The notes below the pieces were generated by a model. It was not told where the DNA came from and searched no databases. It saw only the letters and a program-made list of their open reading frames with translations. From assembly GCA_965226745.1 (NCBI GenBank), contig CBDDDS010000005.1, forward strand, positions 18,389 through 82,388: 64,000 bases of DNA, written 5' to 3'. Source of the DNA: Dehalococcoidia bacterium (GTDB lineage Bacteria; Chloroflexota; Dehalococcoidia; Lucifugimonadales; SAR202-VII-2). Below, piece by piece: positions 29,474 to 37,568 of the stretch (its first letter is position 1; every line of letters starts with the position of its first letter). The position numbers and the translations under genes are program-made.

Positions 29474-29488
29474 GACCGGACGCCTTTC

Positions 29489-30412
29489 ATGGGTGAACGC
29501 CTCAAGAACAAGGTCGCCATCGTCACCGGCGGAGGCCGCGGCATCGGCCGCGGCCTCGCCCTGCTCTTGGCCCAGGAAGGCGCAAGCGTCGTCGTCAACG
29601 ACCTCGGCGCCGCCGTGGACGGCGCTGGCGCAGACGCGGCCCCCGCCGATCAGGTCGTTGAAGAGATCCGGGCCGCGGGCGGCCAAGCCGTCGCCAACCA
29701 CGATTCCGTAACGTCCAGTAGCGGCGCCGAGAACATCACCGCCACGGCTCTCAACACCTTCGGCCGCCTCGACATCGTGATGACGCCGGCGGGCATCCTT
29801 CGCGATCGCATGATCTTCAACATGACGGAAGAGGAATGGGACGCCGTCATCGCCGTCCACCTGCGAGGAACCTTCAACGTCGTCCACCATGCAACCCGGA
29901 TCTTCAAGCAGCAGGGCGCCGGCTGCTTCGTCACCTTCACGTCAACCTCCGGCGTCGTTGGCAACAGCGGCCAGGCCAACTACGGGGCCGCCAAGGCCGG
30001 CATCGTTGGCCTCACGAGAACGATGGCCCTGGAGCTGGGGCCGCTGGGCGTCCGGTCCAACTGCATCTGTCCCAGCGCCGGCACCCGAATGACCCAGAGC
30101 GTCCCCGCCGAGGCCGTCGACCTCCGCGTCCAGCAGGGCATCCGCGGGGCCATGGACGCCGCCGACTATGTCAACGCCGCGCCGGAGGACATAGCCCCCT
30201 TCGCCGTCTGGCTGGCCACCGATGCCGCCCACAACGTCAGCGGCCAGGTCTTCTACGTCCGCGGCGGCCTCGTCAGCCTTATGAACTCCGAGGACAGCGC
30301 CAAGGTGCTCCACAGGGAGGGCCGCTGGGAAGTCGATGAGATAGCGGCGGCGTTCCCCCACACCCTGGGCCTGGAACTCTTCAACCCCGCCCCCGCCAAA
30401 GAGCAAAGCTAG
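29489..30412 (+). CDS. SDR-family oxidoreductase (long form)
   Basis: Cofactor motif TGGGRGIGRG and catalytic YGAAKAG. 307 aa. Confidence 0.85.
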   Translation: MGERLKNKVAIVTGGGRGIGRGLALLLAQEGASVVVNDLGAAVDGAGADAAPADQVVEEIRAAGGQAVANHDSVTSSSGAENITATALNTFGRLDIVMTPAGILRDRMIFNMTEEEWDAVIAVHLRGTFNVVHHATRIFKQQGAGCFVTFTSTSGVVGNSGQANYGAAKAGIVGLTRTMALELGPLGVRSNCICPSAGTRMTQSVPAEAVDLRVQQGIRGAMDAADYVNAAPEDIAPFAVWLATDAAHNVSGQVFYVRGGLVSLMNSEDSAKVLHREGRWEVDEIAAAFPHTLGLELFNPAPAKEQS

Positions 30413-30452
30413 CCGCATCCCGGCGGCACGCCACGCGAAAGTCGCATCCCAG

Positions 30453-30506
30453 CCTTCCCCCGAGTACGGGGGCAGGGACAGGGGGATTAGCCGGGGGAAG
30501 GTTAGG
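30453..30506. repeat. REP-like intergenic repeat: forward unit plus an inverted half-unit
   Basis: CCTTCCCCCGAGTACGGGGGCAGGGACAG at 30453-30481 is followed by CCGGGGGAAGGTTAGG at 30491-30506, which is the inverse of CCTAACCTTCCCCCGG. Confidence 0.7.
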
Positions 30507-30561
30507 CCTTTGATTGTATGCTCGTAACGATTATCAGCCGGACTTCGGGGTTTGCAGGCAC

Positions 30562-30619
30562 GGAGCCGTTACGATTCGTTACGGAGCAGTTACTAGTCGT
30601 TACGGAGCCGTATGGCTCC
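30562..30619. repeat. 21-bp tandem repeat (about 2.7 copies) with GTTAC phased every 10-11 bp
   Basis: Units are GGAGCCGTTACGATTCGTTAC, GGAGCAGTTACTAGTCGTTAC and GGAGCCGTATGGCTCC. GTTAC occurs at 30568, 30578, 30589 and 30599. The last unit forms the hairpin GGAGCC-GTAT-GGCTCC. Confidence 0.65.
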
Positions 30620-30851
30620 AAAGAGCTTGTCTCGCAACGGCATTCGCTCTGGTCCCACCATTCCTCGGACGGTTGTGCGCCTGGGGGAACATCCCTCAGC
30701 GCCCCTGCCACAGGGGCATTCTCTACGGATTCCCCCAGTATAAATGTATGCGGCAGGCTCCAAGGAAGAGAAGCGGGCCGGGGGCCCACTTCGTGGGGAT
30801 ACTATAGCACAATCGTTCGCATTTGGCAAGTAGGGGAGGGGCAGAGGGGAA

Positions 30852-30891
30852 CCCCTTCCTAACCTTCCCCCGAGTACGGGGGCAGGGACAG
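30852..30891 (+). repeat. REP-like intergenic repeat, full unit
   Basis: CCCCTTCCTAACCTTCCCCCGAGTACGGGGGCAGGGACAG is 39/40 identical to the copy at 35173-35212. Confidence 0.8.
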
Positions 30892-31096
30892 AGCTACTCC
30901 CGGCGGGGGCTGCGCCCCCTGCACCCTGCTCGGGGACGGCGGGCGCGCCGTTTTCTCACCTTGGCGCGTCTGGACGCTTCCTTGCCTGCCCCCCACCCCG
31001 CCCCTCTCCCCCGGCTAGGCGTTGACGCGTCCGCCGACCATGCATATTATGCAGGCAGCCGAATGGCAACCCCGCCATCAAACACCGGAGGAGTCC

Positions 31097-31891
31097 GTGA
31101 CCACGACGCCCGCCAACTTCGTTGAAGAAACCCTCGACATTGCCGGCGTATCCCTCCAAATGCGGCGCGGCGGCGCCGGCGACCCGCTCCTCATCCTTCA
31201 CAGCGAATTGGGCGTTCCAGGCTGGCTCAAGGCCCACGAGCTCCTCGCCGAGCGTTATTCTGTCTACGTCCCCTCTCTCCCAGGGTTCGGCGCATCATCC
31301 CAGCCGGAAATGCTGATGTCCGTCCGCGACCTGGCCGCCTGGGTCTCTTGGTTCGTGCGGGACTACGGCCTTCCCACGCCGCTCAACGTCCTGGGCTTCT
31401 CTCTCGGCGGCTGGGTCGCCGCCGAACTCGCCACCATGAACAGCGCCATCTTCAAGAAGATGGTCCTCATCGGCGCCGCCGGCATCAAGCCCCAGCAGGG
31501 CGAGATATGGGACTACTTCATGAACTCCAGCCGGGAAGCCTTCGAGCAGTGCTTCTACACCCGCGACTCGGACGAATACCTGAAGTACTACGGCAGAGAC
31601 TGGAGCCCCGAAGAGGGCGACCAGATAGAGACCAACCGCGAAGGGGCCATCCGCTACACCTGGCGCCCCTACATGCACAGCATCACGCTGCCCGCTCTGC
31701 TGCCCGCCATCGCCACGCCAACCCTTCTGGTCTGGGGAAAGCAGGACGCCCTCGTCCCCATCAGTAGCTGCGAGCTCTACCAGCAGGGAATCCCCGGCGC
31801 CCAGGCCGCCATCATCGAGGACTGCGGACACATGCCCGAGATGGAAAAGCCGGAGGAGTTCGCCAACGCCGTTCTGAATTTCCTCGGCTGA
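31097..31891 (+). CDS. alpha/beta-fold hydrolase
   Basis: GTG start after GGAGGAG. Contains the nucleophile elbow GFSLGGW, and a late His in IEDCGHMPEMEKPEEF is typical of MhpC/BphD-like hydrolases. Confidence 0.8.
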   Translation: MTTTPANFVEETLDIAGVSLQMRRGGAGDPLLILHSELGVPGWLKAHELLAERYSVYVPSLPGFGASSQPEMLMSVRDLAAWVSWFVRDYGLPTPLNVLGFSLGGWVAAELATMNSAIFKKMVLIGAAGIKPQQGEIWDYFMNSSREAFEQCFYTRDSDEYLKYYGRDWSPEEGDQIETNREGAIRYTWRPYMHSITLPALLPAIATPTLLVWGKQDALVPISSCELYQQGIPGAQAAIIEDCGHMPEMEKPEEFANAVLNFLG

Positions 31892-31983
31892 CCCGCCGCG
31901 CAGCCGCAATCCCCGCGGGGCTGGCGGCAAGCATCGAGCGTCCTCCCCTCCGCCAAAGGAGAGGGGACCGGGAGTAACGAACC

Positions 31984-33219
31984 ATGTTCATCGGTCATTT
32001 CACGGAAGAGCCCTGGCAGAAGGAGGACTGGCCCGTCGAATGGGGGTCCGGCGTGGTGCAGGTGAGCAACCGCGAGTACGACCCCATGCGCGCCTCTCAT
32101 TTGTACAACCGCTACCTCGACGAGAAGGTTTACGCCGAAGAGATGGGCTTCGACGGCATCATGCTCAACGAGCACCACAGCGCCCCCTTCTGCATGAACA
32201 GCGTCGCCAACGTCCAGGCCGCCATCCTGGCGAGGATCACCACCAAGGCCAAGATCCTCCTCCTGGGTAACATCCTGCCCATCCACGACGACCCCCTCTG
32301 GCTCGCGGAACAGTTGGCCATGATCGACGTGATTTCACGGGGGCGCCTCATCCCAGGCGTCGTCCGCGGCGGCGGCAGCGAGAGCCTCGTCCACAACACT
32401 CCACCGCATTTCAATCGCGAGCGCTTCGAGGAGGCCCACGACTTCCTCGTCAAGACTTGGACAACCCCCGGCCCCTTCCGCTGGGAGGGCAAGCACTTCC
32501 ACTACAGGTACGTCAACCCCTGGGCCGTCCCCATGCAGAAGCCCTACCCGCCCATCTGGGTCCCCGGCACCGCCAGCAAGGAGACCGTGGAATGGGCGGC
32601 CCAGCATCGCTATCCCTACATCATGCTGGCCAGCCAGATCGACCTCACCCAGCAGATGTATCAGGTCTACTACGACACCGCCAGGGAGGAGGGCTACGAG
32701 GCCGGGCCTCAACACCTCGGATTCATGTTCTTCTGCCACGTCGAAGAAACAGACGAGAAGGCAATGGAGGTTGGCCGCACGCTGACGATGGGCGTCCGCA
32801 GCCCCTTCGATCCCGGCGTGGAGCGGCCCCGGCCCTGGATCATGAGCCCTCCGGGCATCAGCACCGGCAGCGCCCGCGCCCTCCAGCGTCGAATGCTCGC
32901 CGTGGACTCCACCGGCCACACCCACGCCGGCGCCAGAGCATCCTTCGAAGACCAGGTGGCCACCCACGGCATGATCGTTGGCACCCCGGACACCGTCATG
33001 ACCAAGATTCGCTACATCATGGAAACGCTCCGTCCGGGAACCATCATCTTCCGCACCGGCGACGGCGCCATGAGCAACGAAGCCCAGATGCGCACCCTAA
33101 AGCTCATGGGTGAGGAGGTGCTTCCCAGGATGAGGGAGACGGCCAAAGAGCTGGACCTGCCCGGCCCCTACGACGTGGACCCCATGACCAACAAGACGCT
33201 CGCCGCCGTCGCTTCATAG
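31984..33219 (+). CDS. LLM-class flavin-dependent oxidoreductase, long (411 aa) form
   Basis: [12 protein letters not shown]...[63 protein letters not shown]. It is a tandem paralog of the next gene. Confidence 0.85.
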   Translation: MFIGHFTEEPWQKEDWPVEWGSGVVQVSNREYDPMRASHLYNRYLDEKVYAEEMGFDGIMLNEHHSAPFCMNSVANVQAAILARITTKAKILLLGNILPIHDDPLWLAEQLAMIDVISRGRLIPGVVRGGGSESLVHNTPPHFNRERFEEAHDFLVKTWTTPGPFRWEGKHFHYRYVNPWAVPMQKPYPPIWVPGTASKETVEWAAQHRYPYIMLASQIDLTQQMYQVYYDTAREEGYEAGPQHLGFMFFCHVEETDEKAMEVGRTLTMGVRSPFDPGVERPRPWIMSPPGISTGSARALQRRMLAVDSTGHTHAGARASFEDQVATHGMIVGTPDTVMTKIRYIMETLRPGTIIFRTGDGAMSNEAQMRTLKLMGEEVLPRMRETAKELDLPGPYDVDPMTNKTLAAVAS

Positions 33220-33273
33220 CGGTCCAACAGACGAGCAACGACACACTCTGCCGCAAGCAAAGCGAGGTAACCC

Positions 33274-34509
33274 ATGTTCATCGGCCACTTTACTGAGGAA
33301 CCCTGGCAGGTGGAAAACTGGCCCGAAGAATGGGGGCCGGGCATCATCAAGGTCAGCAATAGAGAGTACGACCCATATCTGGCCGCCGACCTCTATAACC
33401 GCTACATCGACGAGAAGCTCTATGCCGAGGAGATGGGCTTCGATGGCCTGATGCTCAACGAGCACCACAGCGCCCCCTTCTGCCTCAACGGGGTCGCCAA
33501 CGTCCAGGCCGCCATCCTCGCCCGCATCACCAAGAAGGCCAAGATCCTGCTGCTCGGCAATGTGTTGCCAATCCACGACGACCCTCTCTGGCTCGCCGAG
33601 CAGTTGGCCATGATCGACGTCATCTCAGGCGGCCGCCTCATCCCCGGCATCGTCCGGGGCGCCGGCAGCGAGAGCATCTCTCACAACGCCCCGCCCCACT
33701 ACAACCGCGAACGCTTCGAGGAGGCCCACGACTTCCTCATCAAGACCTGGACAACCCCAGGCCCCTTCCGCTGGGAGGGCAAGCACTACCAATTCAGGTA
33801 CGTGAACCCTTGGGCCGTCCCCATACAGAAGCCTCACCCGCCAATCTGGGTCCCGGGCACCGCCAGCAAGGAGACCGTGGAGTGGGCCGCCAAGCGCCGC
33901 TACCCCTACATCATGCTCTCCACCCAGGAGGAAATTACCCGCCAGATGTACCAGGTCTACTACGACACCGCCAGAGAGGAGGGCTACGAGGCCGGCCCGC
34001 AGCACCTCGGCTATATGTTCTTCCTCCACGTCGAGGAGACCAGAGAAAGGGCAATGGAGGTGGGCCGCACGCTGACGATGGGCGTCCGCAGCCCCTTCGA
34101 CCCCGGCGTACAGAAGCCCATCCCCTGGATCCTCAGCCCCCCGGGCATGAACAGCAAGGGCGCCAAGGCCATGCAACGCCAGATGCTCGCCTTCGACTCC
34201 ACCGGTCGCACCAGGGCGGGCGCTCTGGCCTCCTTCGAAGACCAGGTCGCAACCAATGGCATGATCGTCGGCACACCGGATGAGTGCGTGGCGCAGATAC
34301 GGCGCATCATGGAGTACCTCCGCCCAGGCATCATCATCTTCCGCACCGGCGATGGCGCCATGAAGCACGAGGACCAGATGCGGACGTTGAAGCTCATGGG
34401 CGAGGAAGTGATGCCGGCCATGCGCGACATCGCCAAGGAGTTAGACCTCCCCGGCCCCTACGACGTCGATCCCACGCCCAGCGAGGCCGTGGCCGTCGCA
34501 ACGTCGTAA
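33274..34509 (+). CDS. LLM-class flavin-dependent oxidoreductase, long (411 aa) form; tandem paralog
   Basis: It has the same length as 31984-33219, is colinear with it, and is highly similar along the whole protein ([12 protein letters not shown]...RTGDGAM...[11 protein letters not shown]). Confidence 0.85.
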   Translation: MFIGHFTEEPWQVENWPEEWGPGIIKVSNREYDPYLAADLYNRYIDEKLYAEEMGFDGLMLNEHHSAPFCLNGVANVQAAILARITKKAKILLLGNVLPIHDDPLWLAEQLAMIDVISGGRLIPGIVRGAGSESISHNAPPHYNRERFEEAHDFLIKTWTTPGPFRWEGKHYQFRYVNPWAVPIQKPHPPIWVPGTASKETVEWAAKRRYPYIMLSTQEEITRQMYQVYYDTAREEGYEAGPQHLGYMFFLHVEETRERAMEVGRTLTMGVRSPFDPGVQKPIPWILSPPGMNSKGAKAMQRQMLAFDSTGRTRAGALASFEDQVATNGMIVGTPDECVAQIRRIMEYLRPGIIIFRTGDGAMKHEDQMRTLKLMGEEVMPAMRDIAKELDLPGPYDVDPTPSEAVAVATS

Positions 34510-34655
34510 CACCGGCATTGCGACGGGGCGGCAGGCCCAATCCCGTCCTGCGCGTCATCCGCCGCCCTCCCGCCGGCCGGGCTAACCCGGCATTGCCAGC
34601 CAGCCGGCGGGGCGGTACACTCCCGCACACCATCGCGTCAGTCAAAGGAGGAGCC

Positions 34656-35093
34656 ATGCCCCTCAACGTCGGCGACCAGGCCCCCGACTTCACCCTGCAG
34701 GGAACGGGAGACGTGGAATACACCCTCTCCAGCTATCGCAATAGCAAGAGCGTCGTGCTTGTGTTCTATCCGGGCGACGACACACCTGGTTGAACGCGCC
34801 AACTGTCGGCCTTGCGTGATGACAAGGCCCAGCTCGACGCAGCGGACGCCGTTGTCTTCGGCATGAACCCGGCGTCGCTCAGTTCCCATGACAAGTTCTC
34901 GACCAAGTACAACTTTCCCTTCGCCCTGCTGGTCGACCATGATGGCGCCGTGGCCCACTCCTACGACGCTCTTAAGGAAAACGGCAAAAGCATCCAACGA
35001 ACGGTCTATGTCGTCGACAAAGACGGCAAGATCGCCTTCGCCCAGGAGGGCATCCCCCCGGACAGCGACATCCTAGCGGCGCTCACCGGTTAG
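34656..35093 (+). CDS. bcp: Bcp/PrxQ-family peroxiredoxin with in-frame UGA (probable selenocysteine) at the peroxidatic position
   Basis: RBS AAGGAGGA, ATG at 34656. [14 protein letters not shown]...[12 protein letters not shown]-[TGA 34791-34793][26 protein letters not shown]... is colinear with the Bcp motif FYPxxxTPGCT....LRD. The upstream and downstream ORFs are in the same frame. Confidence 0.8.
34803..34832 (+). promoter_or_regulatory. candidate bacterial SECIS hairpin
   Basis: CUG(34803-05)/CAG(34830-32), a UC bulge, the 7-bp stem GGCCUUG(34808-14)/CAAGGCC(34823-29), and the loop CGUGAUGA. The loop starts 24 nt after the U of UGA and contains GU. Confidence 0.55.
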
Positions 35094-35172
35094 GGGCGCA
35101 CCCCAAGGACCTTGTCTCATGCGCGAGGCGGGCCAATCCTCTCCTCCCTCGCTTCCGGGGCAGGGACGGAGC

Positions 35173-35212
35173 CCCCTTCCTAACCTTCCCCCGAGTACAG
35201 GGGCAGGGACAG
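35173..35212 (+). repeat. REP-like intergenic repeat, full unit
   Basis: CCCCTTCCTAACCTTCCCCCGAGTACAGGGGCAGGGACAG. An extra half-unit GGGGCAGGGAC lies just upstream at about 35157-35167. Confidence 0.8.
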
Positions 35213-35244
35213 AATGGGAGTCAGCCTCGCCAGGAAGGTGAATC

Positions 35245-36006
35245 ATGGCCCATCTCGAGGAATACGCCGACAAGTACAAGACCATCCAAATGGAGCGGCG
35301 CGAAGGCATCCTCCAGCTTACCTTCCATACCGATGGCGGCAGCCTGGTCTGGGGCGGCGACCCCTCGCCGCACATGGAGTTCGGCTACGCCTTCGCCGAC
35401 ATCGCCAGCGACCCTGAGAACCGCGTCATCATCATGACCGGCGCCGGCGACGACTACTGCGCCCAGATGGCCCTGCGCGGCGGGCGGAGGTCGCCGCAGA
35501 CGTGGGACAAGACCTACTGGGAGGGCAAGCGATTGCTCATGAACCTCCTCGAGATCGAGGTCCCCATCATCGCCGCCGTGAACGGCCCTGCCCTCGTCCA
35601 TGCCGAGATCCCCCTGCTCAGCGACATCGTCCTCGCAGCGGAGAGCGCCGAATTCCAGGACGCGCCGCACTTTCCCAGGGGAACCGTCCCCGGCGACGGC
35701 GTCCACGTCGTTTGGCCGCTCCTGCTGGGCCCCAACCGGGGCAGGTATTTCCTGCTCACGGGCCAAAAGCTGTCAGCCCAAGAGGCCCTTGCCCTCGGCG
35801 TCGTCAGCGAGGTGCTGCCCAAGGACCGTTTGATGGCGCGGGCTTGGGAGCTTGCCCAACAGCTTTCGCAGCAATCAACATTGGCTCTGCGCTACAGCCG
35901 CGTCGTGTTGACGCTTCACTTGAAGCGATTGCTCCAGGACATGCTCGGCTACGGGCTGGCCTTGGAAGGGCTAGCCATGCTGGGTAGACAGGAGGAGTCG
36001 GGCTAG
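35245..36006 (+). CDS. enoyl-CoA hydratase/isomerase (crotonase) family protein
   Basis: ...VIIMTGAGDDYCA..., ...VPIIAAVNGPALVHAE... and ...LLTGQKLSAQEALALGVVSEVL... are typical of the crotonase fold. Confidence 0.85.
   Translation: MAHLEEYADKYKTIQMERREGILQLTFHTDGGSLVWGGDPSPHMEFGYAFADIASDPENRVIIMTGAGDDYCAQMALRGGRRSPQTWDKTYWEGKRLLMNLLEIEVPIIAAVNGPALVHAEIPLLSDIVLAAESAEFQDAPHFPRGTVPGDGVHVVWPLLLGPNRGRYFLLTGQKLSAQEALALGVVSEVLPKDRLMARAWELAQQLSQQSTLALRYSRVVLTLHLKRLLQDMLGYGLALEGLAMLGRQEESG
35922..36006 (+). repeat. 85-bp direct repeat, copy 1 (the functional 3' end of the crotonase gene)
   Basis: GAAGCGATTGCTCCAGGACATGCTCGGCTACGG...GGCTAG is repeated at 37465-37549 with about 8 mismatches. Confidence 0.85.
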
Positions 36007-36255
36007 GGCGCCGCTGAACAAACCCGCAGATCGATCGCGCTCCCTATCCGGCTATGCCGTAGTGCATGAACCTATGTAGACTATCCCGAACAGGCTACGG
36101 AACAAAGGGGCTCGCGGCGATGAGGACTACCGCATTTCCCATCCGAGTGACTCTATCGGAGCCACCGTTATGAACTACAGCGATGGGCCATTTTCGGATT
36201 GCTCTCCCAGCCCCCTGGATACCATGGCTATCTACGCTCTGTACCAAAACATCCC

Positions 36256-37452
36256 ATGACAACCAGGTCGAGCATAGCCAGGATGCTTCTCGCCGCTCTC
36301 TTGATCGCGGTGACCTTGGCGCTTTCCGGAACAGCGTGTGGTAGTCTTGGTCAAAGGCTTGGCGGACTCGTTGGTCGAGAACATTTTGGACCTAGTTGGA
36401 CCGCAGACGGAGAAAGCATAGTATTTGGCTATCGTTATGGGGCCTCCGGTGTGGGTGTGGGGGAAGTAGATAGCATATACTTGGTCAGCTCCGACGGCGC
36501 CGGGCTGAGGAAATTGATTCCACAGGACGCTCAGCCGGATAACGCGGCTGCATTTGATTATTCTCCAGATATAGCAGGCTCTAAGATAGCTTTCGCCACG
36601 CTACGGTACGTCAAAAGCGGTGATAGGGAATATGAGATCGCCACTGCGAACCTCGACGGTTCCGACTACAGGAGACTAATCGACAGCAACGGTTCGGACC
36701 TAGCCCCGGCATGGTCACCGGACGGCAAGCATATCGCCTTTGTCTCAAACCGAGCTGGATTCGCCTCCAAGGAGAATGATCAGGTTAGGGAAGCTTCTTT
36801 CAACGTCTATGTTATGGACGCGGATGGCTCGAACGTGTGGCCGATGGCTCCCAGAGTCTTCATCTCACTCTACCAGCCTCCCAGCCCGCCTAAGTGGTCC
36901 CCCGACGGCGACTACCTCGCCTTCCGAAGCGGATACCACCTGTACACCGCGCGCTTCGCGGGCGTTCCTAACTTTCTCGGTCTGACTAGGACCGATCCGG
37001 CCTGGTCTCCGGACGGCCAATGGATCGCGTTCAGCCATAGAGAGCCTATCCCGGAGACTGCGATGGCCGCAACGATATACATCACGAGGCCCGACGGTTC
37101 GGAGGCGCGCAGGGTGGTCCATTTGCCTGGGGGAAATCCCCAGAACCTGTCCTGGTCTCCCGACGGTTCTGCCTTGCGCTTCTCGTCTGATATCGGGGGT
37201 TACAAAGAAGTCATACATCGGATCGGGATCGATGGCTCGGGCCTTCAGCAGATCGCGGAGATCGATTACGGATCCCAGATCGCCTGGTCCCCTGATGACA
37301 GCAGGATTGTTGTATCCCGTATTGGGGCTACATTTTACTATTCAATAGAACCCCGAGATGCGTTGCTGTACACCATGGCGTCAGATGGATCGGACAGGCG
37401 CGTGCTGGTGCGGGTGGGTGATTTCGGCGCGGAGGCAGCGAATGGCGGATGA
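36256..37452 (+). CDS. PD40/TolB-like beta-propeller repeat protein, probable lipoprotein
   Basis: Start moved to MTTRSSIARMLLAALLIAVTLALSGTAC. Contains multiple WSPDG-type repeats (PAWSPDGKHIAFVS, PKWSPDGDYLAF, PAWSPDGQWIAFS, LSWSPDGSAL, IAWSPDDSRI). The GC content is lower than that of the flanks. Confidence 0.75.
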   Translation: MTTRSSIARMLLAALLIAVTLALSGTACGSLGQRLGGLVGREHFGPSWTADGESIVFGYRYGASGVGVGEVDSIYLVSSDGAGLRKLIPQDAQPDNAAAFDYSPDIAGSKIAFATLRYVKSGDREYEIATANLDGSDYRRLIDSNGSDLAPAWSPDGKHIAFVSNRAGFASKENDQVREASFNVYVMDADGSNVWPMAPRVFISLYQPPSPPKWSPDGDYLAFRSGYHLYTARFAGVPNFLGLTRTDPAWSPDGQWIAFSHREPIPETAMAATIYITRPDGSEARRVVHLPGGNPQNLSWSPDGSALRFSSDIGGYKEVIHRIGIDGSGLQQIAEIDYGSQIAWSPDDSRIVVSRIGATFYYSIEPRDALLYTMASDGSDRRVLVRVGDFGAEAANGG

Positions 37453-37464
37453 TAGAGGTCTCCA

Positions 37465-37549
37465 GAAGCGATTGCTCCAGGACATGCTCGGCTACGGCCT
37501 GGCCGTAGAAGGGCTGGCCATGCTGGGCAGGCAGGAGGACTCAGGCTAG
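37465..37549 (+). repeat. 85-bp direct repeat, copy 2 (displaced crotonase 3'-end fragment)
   Basis: It encodes KRLLQDMLGYGLAVEGLAMLGRQEDSG* against KRLLQDMLGYGLALEGLAMLGRQEESG* in copy 1. Most differences are synonymous. No upstream gene body is attached. Confidence 0.85.
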
Positions 37550-37568
37550 CAGTGACGCCGGCAAGGCC

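Noticed and set aside
28364-29890. Long antisense or off-frame ORFs overlapping well-supported genes, for example 28364-29890(-), 559-1530(+), 43017-44003(-), 51103-52587(+), 53736-55232(+), 61521-62954(+) and 42677-44488(+).
   Set aside because: They are typical shadow ORFs of GC-rich DNA. Their translations are Arg/Gly/Pro/His-rich low-complexity sequence with no recognisable motifs, and each overlaps a gene with clear family signatures on the other strand or frame.
30562-30619. The possibility that the short tandem repeats form a CRISPR array.
   Set aside because: The repeats are directly abutting 21-bp units without spacers, there are fewer than three copies, and no cas genes are in the window.
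30514-30862. ORFs 30502-30789(-), 30514-30807(+) and 30518-30862(+) in the long intergenic region.
   Set aside because: They translate the 21-bp tandem repeat and the REP units, have no RBS or family resemblance, and are mutually overlapping. The region is treated as non-coding.
34284-34655. The N-terminal 124 codons of tracked ORF 34284-34793 as part of the peroxiredoxin.
   Set aside because: This stretch overlaps the 3' end of the LLM gene and the intergenic region, and it is Arg/Pro-rich. A good RBS and ATG at 34656 begin the recognisable Bcp sequence.
37358-37549. A 63-aa ORF downstream of the PD40 gene.
   Set aside because: Its only meaningful part is the 85-bp duplicate of the crotonase 3' end. 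The upstream part overlaps the PD40 gene in another frame. It is not an independent gene.
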